A stretch of DNA of 64,000 nucleotides from an uncultured Candidatus Saccharibacteria bacterium (lineage in GTDB: Bacteria; Patescibacteriota; Doudnabacteria; UBA920; VMFF01), in NCBI GenBank assembly GCA_964364285.1, contig CAYIKZ010000001.1:17237-81236 (forward strand). Direction: 5' to 3'. This document shows, piece after piece, positions 46,380 through 56,913 of the stretch; position 1 is the first letter of the stretch; each line of letters starts with the position of its first letter. The position numbers and the translations under genes were made by a program. Under the pieces are notes generated by a model. The model was given only the letters and a program-made list of their open reading frames with translations, made no database searches and was not told the origin of the DNA.

Positions 46380-47462
46380 ATGATTGCTGTAATAATCTTT
46401 GTAATAATTTTGGGTTTGCTCGTGCTAGTGCACGAGTTTGGTCATTTCATAGTTGCTAAAAAAAGTGGCATGCTTGTTGAAGAGTTTGGTATTGGCTTTC
46501 CACCAAGACTTTTTAGCTTTCAAAAAGGGGAAACAAAGTATTCAATAAACCTCATCCCCCTTGGTGGTTTTGTAAAGATATTAGGAGAGAACAACAAAGA
46601 AGGCGAAAATCCAAGAAGTTTCATTAACAAATCTTTTTTCTCCCGCTTCTCAACATTAGTTGCAGGAGTTTTAATGAACTTTGTTTTGGCTTGGGTTTTG
46701 TTTTCAATCGGGTTTGGTATCGGTCTCCCCACAGTTATTCAAAGCGGAGAAGCATTGCCAAAATATGGAACGCTTCGTTCAGAAGCTGTAACTATCTTAG
46801 AGGTTGCACCTAACTCACCAGCAGAAAAAGCAGGGATAATGGCAGGTGATAACATACTCGGTGCAGATGAGTTTGTTTTAACAGGTCAGGGCGATACGTC
46901 TCTTGATCAGTTCATTGGGTATGTCAAATCAAAAGCCGGAACAGACGTTCAGATGCATGTACGCAGAGGAAGTGAAGAATTGTATTTAACAATCAACCCA
47001 AGGTTAAATCCACCACCAGAAGAAGGAGCTATTGGTATTGCTTTAGGCAATGTTGGTAAGCTTTCTTTTCCTTGGTATCTAGCTCCGGTAATGGGTCTTA
47101 AAGCAACAGGTAATGTTATTTCAGGAACAGCCAGTGCTTTTTGGAACTTAATTGCGCATGGCGATGGGCTTTCTTCAGTAGGTGGTCCTGTTAAGATCGC
47201 TTCTTTAACAGGTCAGGTCTCAAAACTTGGTTTTGCATATATTTTGCAGTTTGCAGCATTCCTTTCTGTTAACCTTGGTATTTTGAATATAATTCCGTTT
47301 CCAGCACTTGATGGTGGAAGAGTTTTGTTTCTGATCATTGAAAAGATACGTGGTAAAAGAAATAACGAAACATTTGAGCAATACGCTAATGCTATTGGTT
47401 TTGGGTTGTTAATAATGCTAATCCTTGTAATTACAGCGCGGGATATTAAAGGGTTGTTTTAA
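46380..47462 (+). CDS. rseP: RIP metalloprotease RseP
   Basis: HEFGH, FGIGF, PLGGFV, PDZ, NIIPFPALDGG. Confidence 0.93.
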   Translation: MIAVIIFVIILGLLVLVHEFGHFIVAKKSGMLVEEFGIGFPPRLFSFQKGETKYSINLIPLGGFVKILGENNKEGENPRSFINKSFFSRFSTLVAGVLMNFVLAWVLFSIGFGIGLPTVIQSGEALPKYGTLRSEAVTILEVAPNSPAEKAGIMAGDNILGADEFVLTGQGDTSLDQFIGYVKSKAGTDVQMHVRRGSEELYLTINPRLNPPPEEGAIGIALGNVGKLSFPWYLAPVMGLKATGNVISGTASAFWNLIAHGDGLSSVGGPVKIASLTGQVSKLGFAYILQFAAFLSVNLGILNIIPFPALDGGRVLFLIIEKIRGKRNNETFEQYANAIGFGLLIMLILVITARDIKGLF

Positions 47463-47488
47463 AAACTCCCCAACTGGGGAGTTTTTTT
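47461..47488. terminator. Bidirectional terminator between rseP and proS
   Basis: AAAAACTCCCC...GGGGAGTTTTT hairpin flanked by A and T runs. Confidence 0.85.
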
Positions 47489-48959
47489 AATATGTTTTTG
47501 CAAAGATTATTCTTTTCTTGGATTCACCAGAACATTTAATGCATTTTCCGGTTTCTTCTTTTTGATCAAGAGGGATGCAGCGAGTAGTTGCTTGTAGTTC
47601 GTCGTTGATTTCTTTTTCACAAGTTTCGCTTCCACACCAGTGGCTGTAAACAAACCCAGAGTTTTCTTTTTCCTGGAAGTGCTTTTTAAACTCATCCCAG
47701 TTATCAATTTCATATGAGTTTTCTTCTCTGAACTTTTTTGCTTTTGAAAAGAGATCAGTTTGTATTTGATTTAACAGGGTATTAACTTTTTCTTTAAGTT
47801 CAGAGGAAGCAACTGTGAGCTTTTTCATGGTGTCTCTTCTTGCAATAGTGACGGTATTGTTTTCAAGGTCTTTTGGACCAAGCTCGATTCTTAAAGGAAT
47901 GCCTTTCTTTTCCCACTCATTAAATTTAGATCCTGGAGTTTCGTAATCTCTTTGATCTAAGAGAATGTTTTCATCAAGAGACCTTAGTTCTTCCTGTATT
48001 GTTTTTGCAACCTCAAGAACTTTCTTAGCTTCTTCTTCATTCTTGTAAATTGGGATGATAACTATTTTAACAGGGGCAATCTTTGGGGGAACGATTAATC
48101 CAGCATCATCGCTGTGTGCCATGATTAAAGCACCAATCATTCTTGTTGATACGCCCCAACTTGTTTGCCAGACGTATTTTTCTTTGCCGTCTTTGTCTGT
48201 AAATTTAACTTCAAAAGCTTTGGCAAAGTTTTGTCCGAGGTTGTGAGATGTTCCTGTTTGTAATGCTTTTCCATCTTGCATCATTGATTCAATGCTGTAG
48301 GTCCTTAAAGCACCAGCGAATTTTTCAGATTCAGTCTTAAGGCCAGAGATTACAGGAATAGCTAGATAGTTTTCAACAAAATCTTTGTAAACACCGAGCA
48401 TTTTTTTTGTTTCTTCTTCAGCATCCTCTTCTGTTGCATGTGCTGTGTGTCCTTCTTGCCAAAGGAATTCAGTTGTTCTCAAAAAAGGCCTTGTTCTCAT
48501 TTCCCATCTAACAACGTTTGCCCACTGGTTAATTAGAAGAGGGAGGTCTCTCCAAGAGTGAATCCATCTAGAAAAAGTATCATACATTATTGTTTCAGAG
48601 GTTGGTCTAACAATTAGTTCTTCAGAAAGTTTTGATTCTGGATCAACAATGACTCCTTCAGGAGAATCTTTAAGTCGATGGTGGGTTACAATGGCGCACT
48701 CTTTAGCAAAACCTTGAATATGCTTTGCTTCTTTTGTTAGTAGTGACTTTGGAATGAAGAGAGGGAAGTAAGCATTTTTGTGCCCCGTGTCTTTTATCAT
48801 TTTGTCTAAAACCTTTTGAAAGCTTTCCCAGATTGAATATCCATATGGCTTTATGACCATGCTTCCTTTAGTTACAGAGTTTTCAGCTAGCTCTGCGACA
48901 TCAATTATGTCTAAGTACCATTGAGAATAATTTTGGTTTCTTGTTGTTATCTTTTTCAT
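47487..48959 (-). CDS. proS: Proline--tRNA ligase, archaeal/eukaryotic type
   Basis: RPTSET, VRWEMRTRPFLRTTEFLWQEGHT, QTSWGVSTR, C-terminal Cys motifs; start set at 48959. Confidence 0.95.
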   Translation of the reverse strand: MKKITTRNQNYSQWYLDIIDVAELAENSVTKGSMVIKPYGYSIWESFQKVLDKMIKDTGHKNAYFPLFIPKSLLTKEAKHIQGFAKECAIVTHHRLKDSPEGVIVDPESKLSEELIVRPTSETIMYDTFSRWIHSWRDLPLLINQWANVVRWEMRTRPFLRTTEFLWQEGHTAHATEEDAEEETKKMLGVYKDFVENYLAIPVISGLKTESEKFAGALRTYSIESMMQDGKALQTGTSHNLGQNFAKAFEVKFTDKDGKEKYVWQTSWGVSTRMIGALIMAHSDDAGLIVPPKIAPVKIVIIPIYKNEEEAKKVLEVAKTIQEELRSLDENILLDQRDYETPGSKFNEWEKKGIPLRIELGPKDLENNTVTIARRDTMKKLTVASSELKEKVNTLLNQIQTDLFSKAKKFREENSYEIDNWDEFKKHFQEKENSGFVYSHWCGSETCEKEINDELQATTRCIPLDQKEETGKCIKCSGESKKRIIFAKTY

Positions 48960-49023
48960 ATTGCAATTATACCGAAAATATGGGTTTTGCAAAAGCCGGT
49001 TATTCAGTTAAAATATATTAGTT

Positions 49024-50082
49024 ATGGCAATTTTAGACTCATTTTTCGCAAAATTCAGCAAAGACATAGGGATTGATTTAGGGACAGCAAACACTCTGGT
49101 CTATGTAAAAGGCAAGGGTATTGTTATCAATGAGCCCTCTGTTGTTGCGTTAAACATCAAAACCAAGCAAATCCTGGCTATTGGCAATGAAGCCAAAAGA
49201 ATGGTTGGTAGAACCCCGCCTCATATAGTCGCTTCAAGGCCTTTAGTTGATGGTGTGGTCTCTGATTTTGAGATAACTGAGCAGATGCTTAGGTATTTCA
49301 TAAACAAGGTTCATCAACAGACATATTCTTTCTTAAGACGCCCAAGAGTGGTTATCGGTATCCCATCTGGTGTTACTGAGGTTGAAAAACGTGCTGTTCA
49401 GGACGCTGCTTTAAACGCTGGTGCTAGAATGGCATTTTTGATAGAAGAACCAATGGCAGCAGCAATTGGAAGTCGTTTACCTGTTCAGGATGCTGCTGGA
49501 TCAATGATTGTAGATATTGGTGGAGGAACATCGGAAATTGCTGTTATCTCTCTTGGCGGCGTGGTTATCTCTAAATCCTTGCGTATGGCAGGAGACAAGA
49601 TGAATGAATCAATCATTGAATACGCAAGAGACAACTTTAACTTACTTTTGGGAGAAAGAACAGCAGAGGACGTTAAGATTAAAATAGGTTCAGCCTATCC
49701 TTTGGAACAACCTTTGGAAACTTCAATGCGCGGACGTGATTTAGTAACAGGACTTCCAAAAGAAGTTTTTGTAAATGATACTCAGATCAGGGAAGCATTA
49801 GCTCCATCAGTTAGAGCAATTGTTAATAACATCAAAGCTGCGGTTGAAGAAACACCTCCTGAGTTGGTTGCAGATTTAATGCAAAAAGGAATCACGCTTG
49901 CTGGCGGAGGCGCTTTGCTTAGAGGACTAGATCGTTTAATAGCAGAGATTACTGAAATACCCGTGCATGTTGCAGATGACCCTTTGACCTCTGTTTGCCG
50001 GGGTTGTGGTGTTGTCGTAGAAGACCTTGAAACACTAAAAGATATATTAGTTAATACAACCTTTGAAAGAATTCCGAGATAG
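49024..50082 (+). CDS. mreB: Rod shape-determining protein MreB, paralog 2
   Basis: GIDLGTANT, IEEPMAAAIG, DIGGGTSE, LAGGGALL; upstream of mreCD. Confidence 0.96.
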   Translation: MAILDSFFAKFSKDIGIDLGTANTLVYVKGKGIVINEPSVVALNIKTKQILAIGNEAKRMVGRTPPHIVASRPLVDGVVSDFEITEQMLRYFINKVHQQTYSFLRRPRVVIGIPSGVTEVEKRAVQDAALNAGARMAFLIEEPMAAAIGSRLPVQDAAGSMIVDIGGGTSEIAVISLGGVVISKSLRMAGDKMNESIIEYARDNFNLLLGERTAEDVKIKIGSAYPLEQPLETSMRGRDLVTGLPKEVFVNDTQIREALAPSVRAIVNNIKAAVEETPPELVADLMQKGITLAGGGALLRGLDRLIAEITEIPVHVADDPLTSVCRGCGVVVEDLETLKDILVNTTFERIPR

Positions 50083-50727
50083 TTAGAATATTTTCTTTAG
50101 GTCATCAAGCTTGCTTATTGTTTTCCAGGCAAGCTTTTTAATTTGTGAGTTTTTAAAAGTAATACCGTTTTTGGTTTTTGAAAACAAAGACCTGTCATTA
50201 TCACCGTCTCCAACAGGTGCGCAATGGTCAGCTGTAATTTTTAAATCTTTGCAAAGTTTTTCAAGCATCAGTAGTTTTGCTTCTGGATCATCTGCGATTG
50301 TATCTATTTTTCTTAATTTAGACTTAGAATCAAAAATAAACGTGTTATTTGCTAAAGCCATTTTTTTTGGAATGCCTAACTCTTTTGCAACAGTTTCTAC
50401 CAGCAGGTTTATTGATCCAGTGATTATCCCAATGTGGTATCCTTTGCTTTGTAAGTATTTAATTGTTTCTTTTGCGCCCTTCTTGTATTTGTATTTTTTA
50501 AGTACAGAAATAACCTCTTTTTTAGAAGGTTGAGAGTTTTTTAAGTACAAACGGAGTAGTCGTTGAATCCAGGAAACATATGGAAGTTTTCCCTTGAGAT
50601 AGTCAGAGACCATGTTTTTGTCCTGTTCTTTGGTGACACCAAAGGCAAAATTCAATCTCTGCCAAGAACTGTTCTTTATGAGTGTTTTATCTAGGTCAAA
50701 GACTATGAGTCTGATTTTTGATTTCAT
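50083..50727 (-). CDS. HAD-superfamily phosphatase (SerB-like, subfamily IB)
   Basis: FDLDKTL motif I, ITGS motif II, GDGDND motif IV. Confidence 0.85.
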   Translation of the reverse strand: MKSKIRLIVFDLDKTLIKNSSWQRLNFAFGVTKEQDKNMVSDYLKGKLPYVSWIQRLLRLYLKNSQPSKKEVISVLKKYKYKKGAKETIKYLQSKGYHIGIITGSINLLVETVAKELGIPKKMALANNTFIFDSKSKLRKIDTIADDPEAKLLMLEKLCKDLKITADHCAPVGDGDNDRSLFSKTKNGITFKNSQIKKLAWKTISKLDDLKKIF

Positions 50728-50758
50728 GCTAATATTATATCATTAAAGGAGCAGAACT

Positions 50759-51553
50759 ATGCGCTCAAACAGACAATTAGGTGTTTTTTCTTTACTCATA
50801 TTTTTAGGTCTTGTTTTGCTTGTATTAAGCATTAATGGGCTTTCTAGACCTTTGCAGAGCACTGGCGTTCAACCAAGTCGTCCTTTGGTATATATATTTT
50901 CTGGAATTGGTAATTCATTCAAAAGCTTTTTCTCATATTTCTCATCAGTTAATTCTGTAAACAAAAAGAACGCAGAGCTTAGCGAACAGGCTAGAAAATT
51001 ACAGCAAGAAAACGTTGCTTTGCAACAATACAGACTTGAGAATGAAAAACTAAAAGATGAATTGGAATACAGACAAAAAACAGCGCATAATTTAGTTTCA
51101 GCAACAGTTTTAGGAAAAGACCCAAGCGGTTTTAGCCAGAGCTTGGTTTTAAATATTGGCAGTGGTTCAGGGATTAAAGTTGGTGCAGCCGTTCTTTCAC
51201 AAGGGTATTTGATAGGGAAGATTGTTAGTGTTGATAGCTTTACATCTAAAGTTTTATTAGTTACTGATCCACAAAGCACGATTGATGCTCAAATTAGTGC
51301 AACAGGAGATAACGGGATTGTTCGCGGTTCTTATGGTTCTGGGATGATTATTGAAAATCTTTCTCAAAGCGCTGTGGTTAACAACAATGACCGAGTTATG
51401 ACAGCAGGATTAAGTTCCGAGATTCCAAAAGGTTTGTTAATTGGTAACATTGGTCAGCTACAGTCTCAAAAAAGCGACCTCTTACAAAAAGCTACAGTGA
51501 TTTCAGGTGTTGATTTAAAGAACTTAGAATTTGTTTCAATCATAAAGGAGTAG
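50759..51553 (+). CDS. mreC: Rod shape-determining protein MreC
   Basis: TM + coiled coil (ENEKLKDEL), LIGKI, TAGL...PKGLLIG. Confidence 0.9.
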   Translation: MRSNRQLGVFSLLIFLGLVLLVLSINGLSRPLQSTGVQPSRPLVYIFSGIGNSFKSFFSYFSSVNSVNKKNAELSEQARKLQQENVALQQYRLENEKLKDELEYRQKTAHNLVSATVLGKDPSGFSQSLVLNIGSGSGIKVGAAVLSQGYLIGKIVSVDSFTSKVLLVTDPQSTIDAQISATGDNGIVRGSYGSGMIIENLSQSAVVNNNDRVMTAGLSSEIPKGLLIGNIGQLQSQKSDLLQKATVISGVDLKNLEFVSIIKE

Positions 51554-51554
51554 C

Positions 51555-52076
51555 ATGGCAAAGGTTGTCATATATACAATCGTAGTAATTCTTTTGCTTT
51601 CTTTAAGCATTGTTTTTCCAAAGATAGGTGCTTCAGCTCCGAGTTTTTTGTTTTTGTTGGCAGTTGTTTATGCTTTTAGGAAAGATGATTCTGATTATCT
51701 TTGGTTAGCGTTCTTTTCAGGATTAGCTCTTGATTTGTATACCAATACTTTTTTGGGGATATTCGCGCTTTCTTTTTTAATTGTTGCTTTCATTATTAAT
51801 TACACTACTAGAACATTTTTCAGCTCTGATTTAAGTTTTGTATATATTGGTGTGGTTGTTACTTTAGCATATTTATTAGTCGTTGGTTTGGTGTATATTC
51901 TTAACTCAATTGCTTCTCGTTTTGGTACATCACTGCCGATCTCAGGAGAATATCTAACGGTTAAGATTTGGTTGGATTTGTTTTTAAACCTAGTATTTGT
52001 TGCACCAATGTATTTTCTCTCGTTATTTAATGATAGGATAATTAATTACTACTCAAAAGATGAAGGATCCTTTTAG
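51555..52076 (+). CDS. mreD: Rod shape-determining protein MreD
   Basis: Hydrophobic, FFSGLALDL motif, between mreC and mrdA. Confidence 0.8.
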   Translation: MAKVVIYTIVVILLLSLSIVFPKIGASAPSFLFLLAVVYAFRKDDSDYLWLAFFSGLALDLYTNTFLGIFALSFLIVAFIINYTTRTFFSSDLSFVYIGVVVTLAYLLVVGLVYILNSIASRFGTSLPISGEYLTVKIWLDLFLNLVFVAPMYFLSLFNDRIINYYSKDEGSF

Positions 52077-53982
52077 CGTTTACAATTCAAATTTTGAGAA
52101 GAAAGCCCATCGCCCAAAGCTTGATTGGGAAGAGGGTGCTTTGTTTCAGGCAAGCGAACCCGATGATTATTATGAAGGGCAGAATGAAGATTCTAGGATT
52201 ACTTTCTATGTAGGCATAGTTGTTGTTGTTTTTCTTGTTCTTTTTGGACGTTTAATAGTTTTACAAATTGCTCAAGGAGAACACTTTAGAACTCTTGCTG
52301 ATCAGAATCGTTTAAGAGTTCAAGAAATTCTTGCTCCAAGAGGTATTATCTATGATTCACAGGGAAAACAGTTGGTTGAAAATGTTCCAAGTTTTGAGTT
52401 AGTTGTAACACCAGCGGATTTACCAAAAGAATATCAGCCAAGCATTCGAACGCTCGCTGATTTAATGGGTTTTGAAGCAGATCCTTTGATTGAAGAAATA
52501 CAAAAAAAGAGCTCAACATCATATCAGCCAATTAGTGTAATGCAGAATCTTCCTAAAGACTACGCGCTTTTGTTTGAATCAAAAGCAAGTCAGTTCCTTG
52601 GTTTTGCAATAGAACATAATCCAATACGACAGTATCCCGATGCTTTAGTTTTTTCTCATCTCTTAGGTTACACAGGAAAAATTACAGATCAAGAACTTTC
52701 AAACCAAGAAGATGGTGAATATGCATACAATGACTATATCGGTAAAACTGGTATTGAGGCAGAATATGAAAAATATCTCCGTGGTGTTTCAGGAAAAAAA
52801 CAAGTTGAAGTTGATGCTAAAGGAAACTTAAAATCCTTGCATGGACAGATTGATCCTGAACCAGGTGATTCTTTAATATTGAACATTGATTCAGAATTAC
52901 AAAAAGAACTTTACAAAAATATTGTTGCGCACAATGGAAACAAAAAAGCAGCAGCAATAGCTCTTGATCCGCAAAACGGTAAAGTTTTGGCTTTAGTTTC
53001 TTTACCTGGTTTTGATAATAATCTGTTTTCACAAGGAATTTCTCAGAAAGACTATCTAAAATTAACCACTGATCCAAAAAAACCTCTTTTCAACAGAGCC
53101 ATCTCAGGAACATATCCTCCTGGTTCTACAATTAAACCCGTGATTGCTTCAGCAGCATTGCAAGAAGGAGTAGTTGATGAAAAAACTGTCATCTATGACA
53201 ATGGTGATTTGGTTTATGGTGGTTTCCACTTCCGTGGTTGGAAAGAAGACGGTTTAGGTCCAATGACTGTTAGAAGTGCAATTGCAATGTCTTCAGATAT
53301 ATATTTCTATACAGTTGGTGGAGGACAGTCAGCCTTAAATATCGCAGGACTTGGTCCTGAAAGACTTGCTAAATATGACAAGCTTTTTGGAATGGGTTCT
53401 CCTCTTGGAATTGATTTACCTTCAGAAGCAGCTGGTTTGGTTGCTGATCCATATTGGAAAAAGAACCATTTTGATACAAAGGAAATGCAGATTTGGTACC
53501 CAGGAGACACCTATCACGTCTCTATTGGACAAGGGGATATGTTAGCAACACCATTGCAGGTTGCTATGTGGACTTCTGTGGTTGCAAATGGCGGTACCTT
53601 GTATCGACCGTATATTCTTGATAGAGTTACAGATGTTGAAAACAAAGTGATTTTTGAAAAGAAACAAGAAGTCATTCGTTCAGATTTCATTGATGCTAAA
53701 AACATTGAAATTGTTAGAGAAGGTATGCGCATGACAGTAACTCAAGGAACCGCAAGGAGTTTAAGTACTTTGCCTGTAACTGTAGCTGGGAAGACTGGAA
53801 CCGCGCAATTTGATTCTGCAAATCCTGCTGCAACACACGCTTGGTTTACAGCTTTCGCGCCTTACGAAAATCCAAGAATCGTTATTACAGTTTTAATTGA
53901 AGCTGGAGGTGAGGGTTCATCCGCTGCTTCCCCCGTTGTTAAAGAAACATTATTATGGTGGGCAGAGCATAGAAACAAATGA
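52060..53982 (+). CDS. mrdA: Penicillin-binding protein 2
   Basis: APRGIIYD, YPPGSTIK (SxxK), SSD, GKTGTA. Confidence 0.95.
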   Translation: MKDPFSVYNSNFEKKAHRPKLDWEEGALFQASEPDDYYEGQNEDSRITFYVGIVVVVFLVLFGRLIVLQIAQGEHFRTLADQNRLRVQEILAPRGIIYDSQGKQLVENVPSFELVVTPADLPKEYQPSIRTLADLMGFEADPLIEEIQKKSSTSYQPISVMQNLPKDYALLFESKASQFLGFAIEHNPIRQYPDALVFSHLLGYTGKITDQELSNQEDGEYAYNDYIGKTGIEAEYEKYLRGVSGKKQVEVDAKGNLKSLHGQIDPEPGDSLILNIDSELQKELYKNIVAHNGNKKAAAIALDPQNGKVLALVSLPGFDNNLFSQGISQKDYLKLTTDPKKPLFNRAISGTYPPGSTIKPVIASAALQEGVVDEKTVIYDNGDLVYGGFHFRGWKEDGLGPMTVRSAIAMSSDIYFYTVGGGQSALNIAGLGPERLAKYDKLFGMGSPLGIDLPSEAAGLVADPYWKKNHFDTKEMQIWYPGDTYHVSIGQGDMLATPLQVAMWTSVVANGGTLYRPYILDRVTDVENKVIFEKKQEVIRSDFIDAKNIEIVREGMRMTVTQGTARSLSTLPVTVAGKTGTAQFDSANPAATHAWFTAFAPYENPRIVITVLIEAGGEGSSAASPVVKETLLWWAEHRNK

Positions 53983-54812
53983 TTATAGATGGAAGAAAAA
54001 TAGCAAGGGAAATATTAGATCAACTTAAAACAGAAGTTGCGTCTTTAGATTTTAAACCAAAACTAATTGATGTTTTCGTTGGTTCTGATCCAGTTATAGA
54101 ATCATACGTAAATATTAAAGCTAAAAGAGCTTTTGAAACTGGTATTGATTTTGAGATCAAGAAATACCCTCAAGATGTTTTAGAGGAGACTTTGGTTGCT
54201 GATATTAAAAAAATGAACAGCGTAGAAAACATTTGCGGTCTCATTGTTCAATTGCCTCTCCCAAAACATCTAGACAAACAAGCAGTTATGAATGCAATTA
54301 ATCCAGATATTGATGTTGATATGATAACCTCAGTTAGTTTGGGAGAACTTTTTACAGGGCAGCAAAAAATTATGCCAGCAACAGCTTCCGCAATTTTGAG
54401 GATGCTCCAAGAGTTAAATATTGATCTTAGAGGCAAACATGTTTTAGTTGTTGGAGCAGGAGACTTAGTTGGTAAACCAGTTACTTTCTTGTTAATGCAA
54501 ACAGGAGCAACAGTTACAGTTGCAAATCAATCAACTCAAGACCTTTCAAGTCTTTGTCTTTCTGCTGACATCATAATAAGTGGAACAGGGGTTCCTGGTT
54601 TGATTAAGCCTTCAATGGTTAGAGCAGAAAGTATTGTCATTGATGCAGGTACCGCAGAATCAAACAGTGGTATTTCAGGAGATGTTGATTTTGAGGGTAT
54701 CAAAGATAAGGTTTTTGCTGTTTCTCCAGTTCCAGGTGGAGTTGGACCAGTTACAGTAGCCATGCTTTTAAGCAATGTAGTTGCTGTTGCCAAAAGACGA
54801 ACAGCTAATTGA
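53979..54812 (+). CDS. folD: Methylenetetrahydrofolate dehydrogenase/cyclohydrolase
   Basis: IIDGRKIA, VQLPLP, VGKP, SPVPGGVGPVTVAML. Confidence 0.93.
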   Translation: MIIDGRKIAREILDQLKTEVASLDFKPKLIDVFVGSDPVIESYVNIKAKRAFETGIDFEIKKYPQDVLEETLVADIKKMNSVENICGLIVQLPLPKHLDKQAVMNAINPDIDVDMITSVSLGELFTGQQKIMPATASAILRMLQELNIDLRGKHVLVVGAGDLVGKPVTFLLMQTGATVTVANQSTQDLSSLCLSADIIISGTGVPGLIKPSMVRAESIVIDAGTAESNSGISGDVDFEGIKDKVFAVSPVPGGVGPVTVAMLLSNVVAVAKRRTAN

Positions 54813-54892
54813 CAATAGCCGCAAAATCGCATAATATAATCCCAGCGCAAAAGCCGTAAAGCCCCCGCGCTTTTATATTTAAAATTACGAAA

Positions 54893-55372
54893 ATGAGCCA
54901 AAGAAAATTCTTGTTAACCCCAGAAGGGTTGGAAAAACTAAATGAAGAATTAAAGGTTTTGATAAATGAGAAACGCAAGGAAGTAATTGAACGTATTCAA
55001 GAAGCAGTTGCCCACGGAGATCTTTCTGAGAACGCAGATTATGCACAAGCAAAGGAAGAACAGTCTTTCATTGAAGGACGAATACAGGAAATTGAGGACA
55101 TGATTAAGAATGCTGAGATCATTGATACGCACGGCAAGCACAACACAGTCATGGTAGGTTCTACTGCAACAGTTTTGGTCTATGATGACAAGGAACAAAA
55201 AAGTGAGAGAAAATATACCATTGTTGGTGCTAACGAAGCAAACCCTGCTGAAGGCAAGATCTCGAATGAATCCTTAGTTGGAAAAGCATTGCTTGGACGA
55301 AAGGCTTCAGAAAAGATTAAGGTTGCTACTCCTGCCGGAGAAATGACCTACGAAATTACACATATCGAATAG
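54893..55372 (+). CDS. greA: Transcription elongation factor GreA
   Basis: HGDLSENADY, GKISNESLVGKALLG. Confidence 0.96.
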   Translation: MSQRKFLLTPEGLEKLNEELKVLINEKRKEVIERIQEAVAHGDLSENADYAQAKEEQSFIEGRIQEIEDMIKNAEIIDTHGKHNTVMVGSTATVLVYDDKEQKSERKYTIVGANEANPAEGKISNESLVGKALLGRKASEKIKVATPAGEMTYEITHIE

Positions 55373-55375
55373 TCT

Positions 55376-55400
55376 AAACCCCCGAGAGCTCGGGGGTTTT
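55376..55400 (+). terminator. Intrinsic terminator after greA
   Basis: AAACCCCCGAG-AG-CTCGGGGGTTTT. Confidence 0.8.
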
Positions 55401-55455
55401 AATTTTGCCCAAAAACCTTTAAATTGGTATAATTTGAAAGTATTAAATCAACAAA

Positions 55456-56910
55456 ATGTCTGAAAGAATTGAAGATATAATCGAGTTTAGAAAGAGAAAA
55501 CTAGCTGCATTAAAAGCTGCTGGGATTGATCCATATCCTTCATCAACAAAAAGAGACCATACCAACCAGGAAGCACTGGATAACTTTGATGCGCTAGCTG
55601 AAACAAAGAAAGAAATTACTGTTGTTGGAAGAATTAGAAGTTTAAGAACACAAGGTAAGATTACCTTTGCACACATTGAAGATGGAACAACAAAAATCCA
55701 GTTGTTTTTTAAGGCTGACAATCTTGCAGAGAAATTTGTTTTACTTGAGAATTTTGATCTGGGAGATTTCATTGAAGCAACAGGAGTTTTGTTTAAAACC
55801 AAGACTGAAGAAAAAACTTTGGATGTTTCAGATTTCAAAATGCTTGCAAAATCATTAAGACCTCTTCCTTCTGAACACTATGGTCTTTCTGACATGGAAA
55901 TAAGGTTGCGCCAAAGATACCTAGATCTTTTAATGAACCCTGAAGCAAGAGAAATGTTTGTTAAGAAGTCTAAGTTTTGGGCAGCAACTCAAAAGTTTTT
56001 AGTTGATCAAGGATTTTTACAGGTTGAAGCTCCAGTTTTAGAATCAATTCCTGGAGGTGCTGAAGCAGAGCCATTTATCACTCATCATAATGCGCTTGAT
56101 CGTGATTTTTACTTGCGTATTTCTTTAGAGCTTCCTTTAAAGAAGTTAATTGTTGGTGGGTATGAAAAAGTTTTTGAGATTGGAAGAATATTTAGAAACG
56201 AGGGAATTTCAACAACACATCTTCAAGACTATACTCAGATGGAGTTTTATTGGGCTTACGCTGATTTTGAAATGCTGAAAAAGTTTTTACAGCAAATGTA
56301 CCAGTACATCATCCAAGAAACATTTGGAACCTTGAAAATTGTTTCAGAAGGACACGAGGTTGACTGGAGCGGTGACTGGGAAGATGTCGACTATTTTCTA
56401 ACCTTCAAAAAACACACAGGCTTAGATCTAGAAACAGCAACAGATGAAGACCTGGAAGCATATGCGAAAAAGAATAAGATTAAATTTGGAGAGTTTGCGG
56501 GACGTGGTCGTTTAATAGACCTCATATTTAAGAAAATCCGTGCAGAGTTAGGTTTGAACAAACCAGTTTTTTTGGTTAACCAACCATTAGAATTAGAGCC
56601 ACTTGCTAAAAGAGATCCTAAGAATCCAAAGGTTGTTCAGAGGTTGCAGGTCTTAGCATATGGCACTGAACTCGGTAAAGGCTTTGGTGAATTAAATGAC
56701 CCAATAGATCAAAGATCAAGATTTGAAGATCAAATGAAACTTCGAGAAAAAGGGGATACTGAAGCACAAATGATTGATGAAGACTACCTCCAAGCAATGG
56801 AATATGGAATGCCGCCTTTAGCAGGATTTGGTATGTCTGAAAGACTATTTGCTGTTTTGTATGACAAGTCAGTTCGCGAGACAGTCATTTTCCCACCAAT
56901 GAAGGATTAA
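55456..56910 (+). CDS. lysS: Lysine--tRNA ligase class II
   Basis: RQRYLDL, YLRISLEL, FRNEG, YGMPP. Confidence 0.96.
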   Translation: MSERIEDIIEFRKRKLAALKAAGIDPYPSSTKRDHTNQEALDNFDALAETKKEITVVGRIRSLRTQGKITFAHIEDGTTKIQLFFKADNLAEKFVLLENFDLGDFIEATGVLFKTKTEEKTLDVSDFKMLAKSLRPLPSEHYGLSDMEIRLRQRYLDLLMNPEAREMFVKKSKFWAATQKFLVDQGFLQVEAPVLESIPGGAEAEPFITHHNALDRDFYLRISLELPLKKLIVGGYEKVFEIGRIFRNEGISTTHLQDYTQMEFYWAYADFEMLKKFLQQMYQYIIQETFGTLKIVSEGHEVDWSGDWEDVDYFLTFKKHTGLDLETATDEDLEAYAKKNKIKFGEFAGRGRLIDLIFKKIRAELGLNKPVFLVNQPLELEPLAKRDPKNPKVVQRLQVLAYGTELGKGFGELNDPIDQRSRFEDQMKLREKGDTEAQMIDEDYLQAMEYGMPPLAGFGMSERLFAVLYDKSVRETVIFPPMKD

Positions 56911-56913
56911 TAT

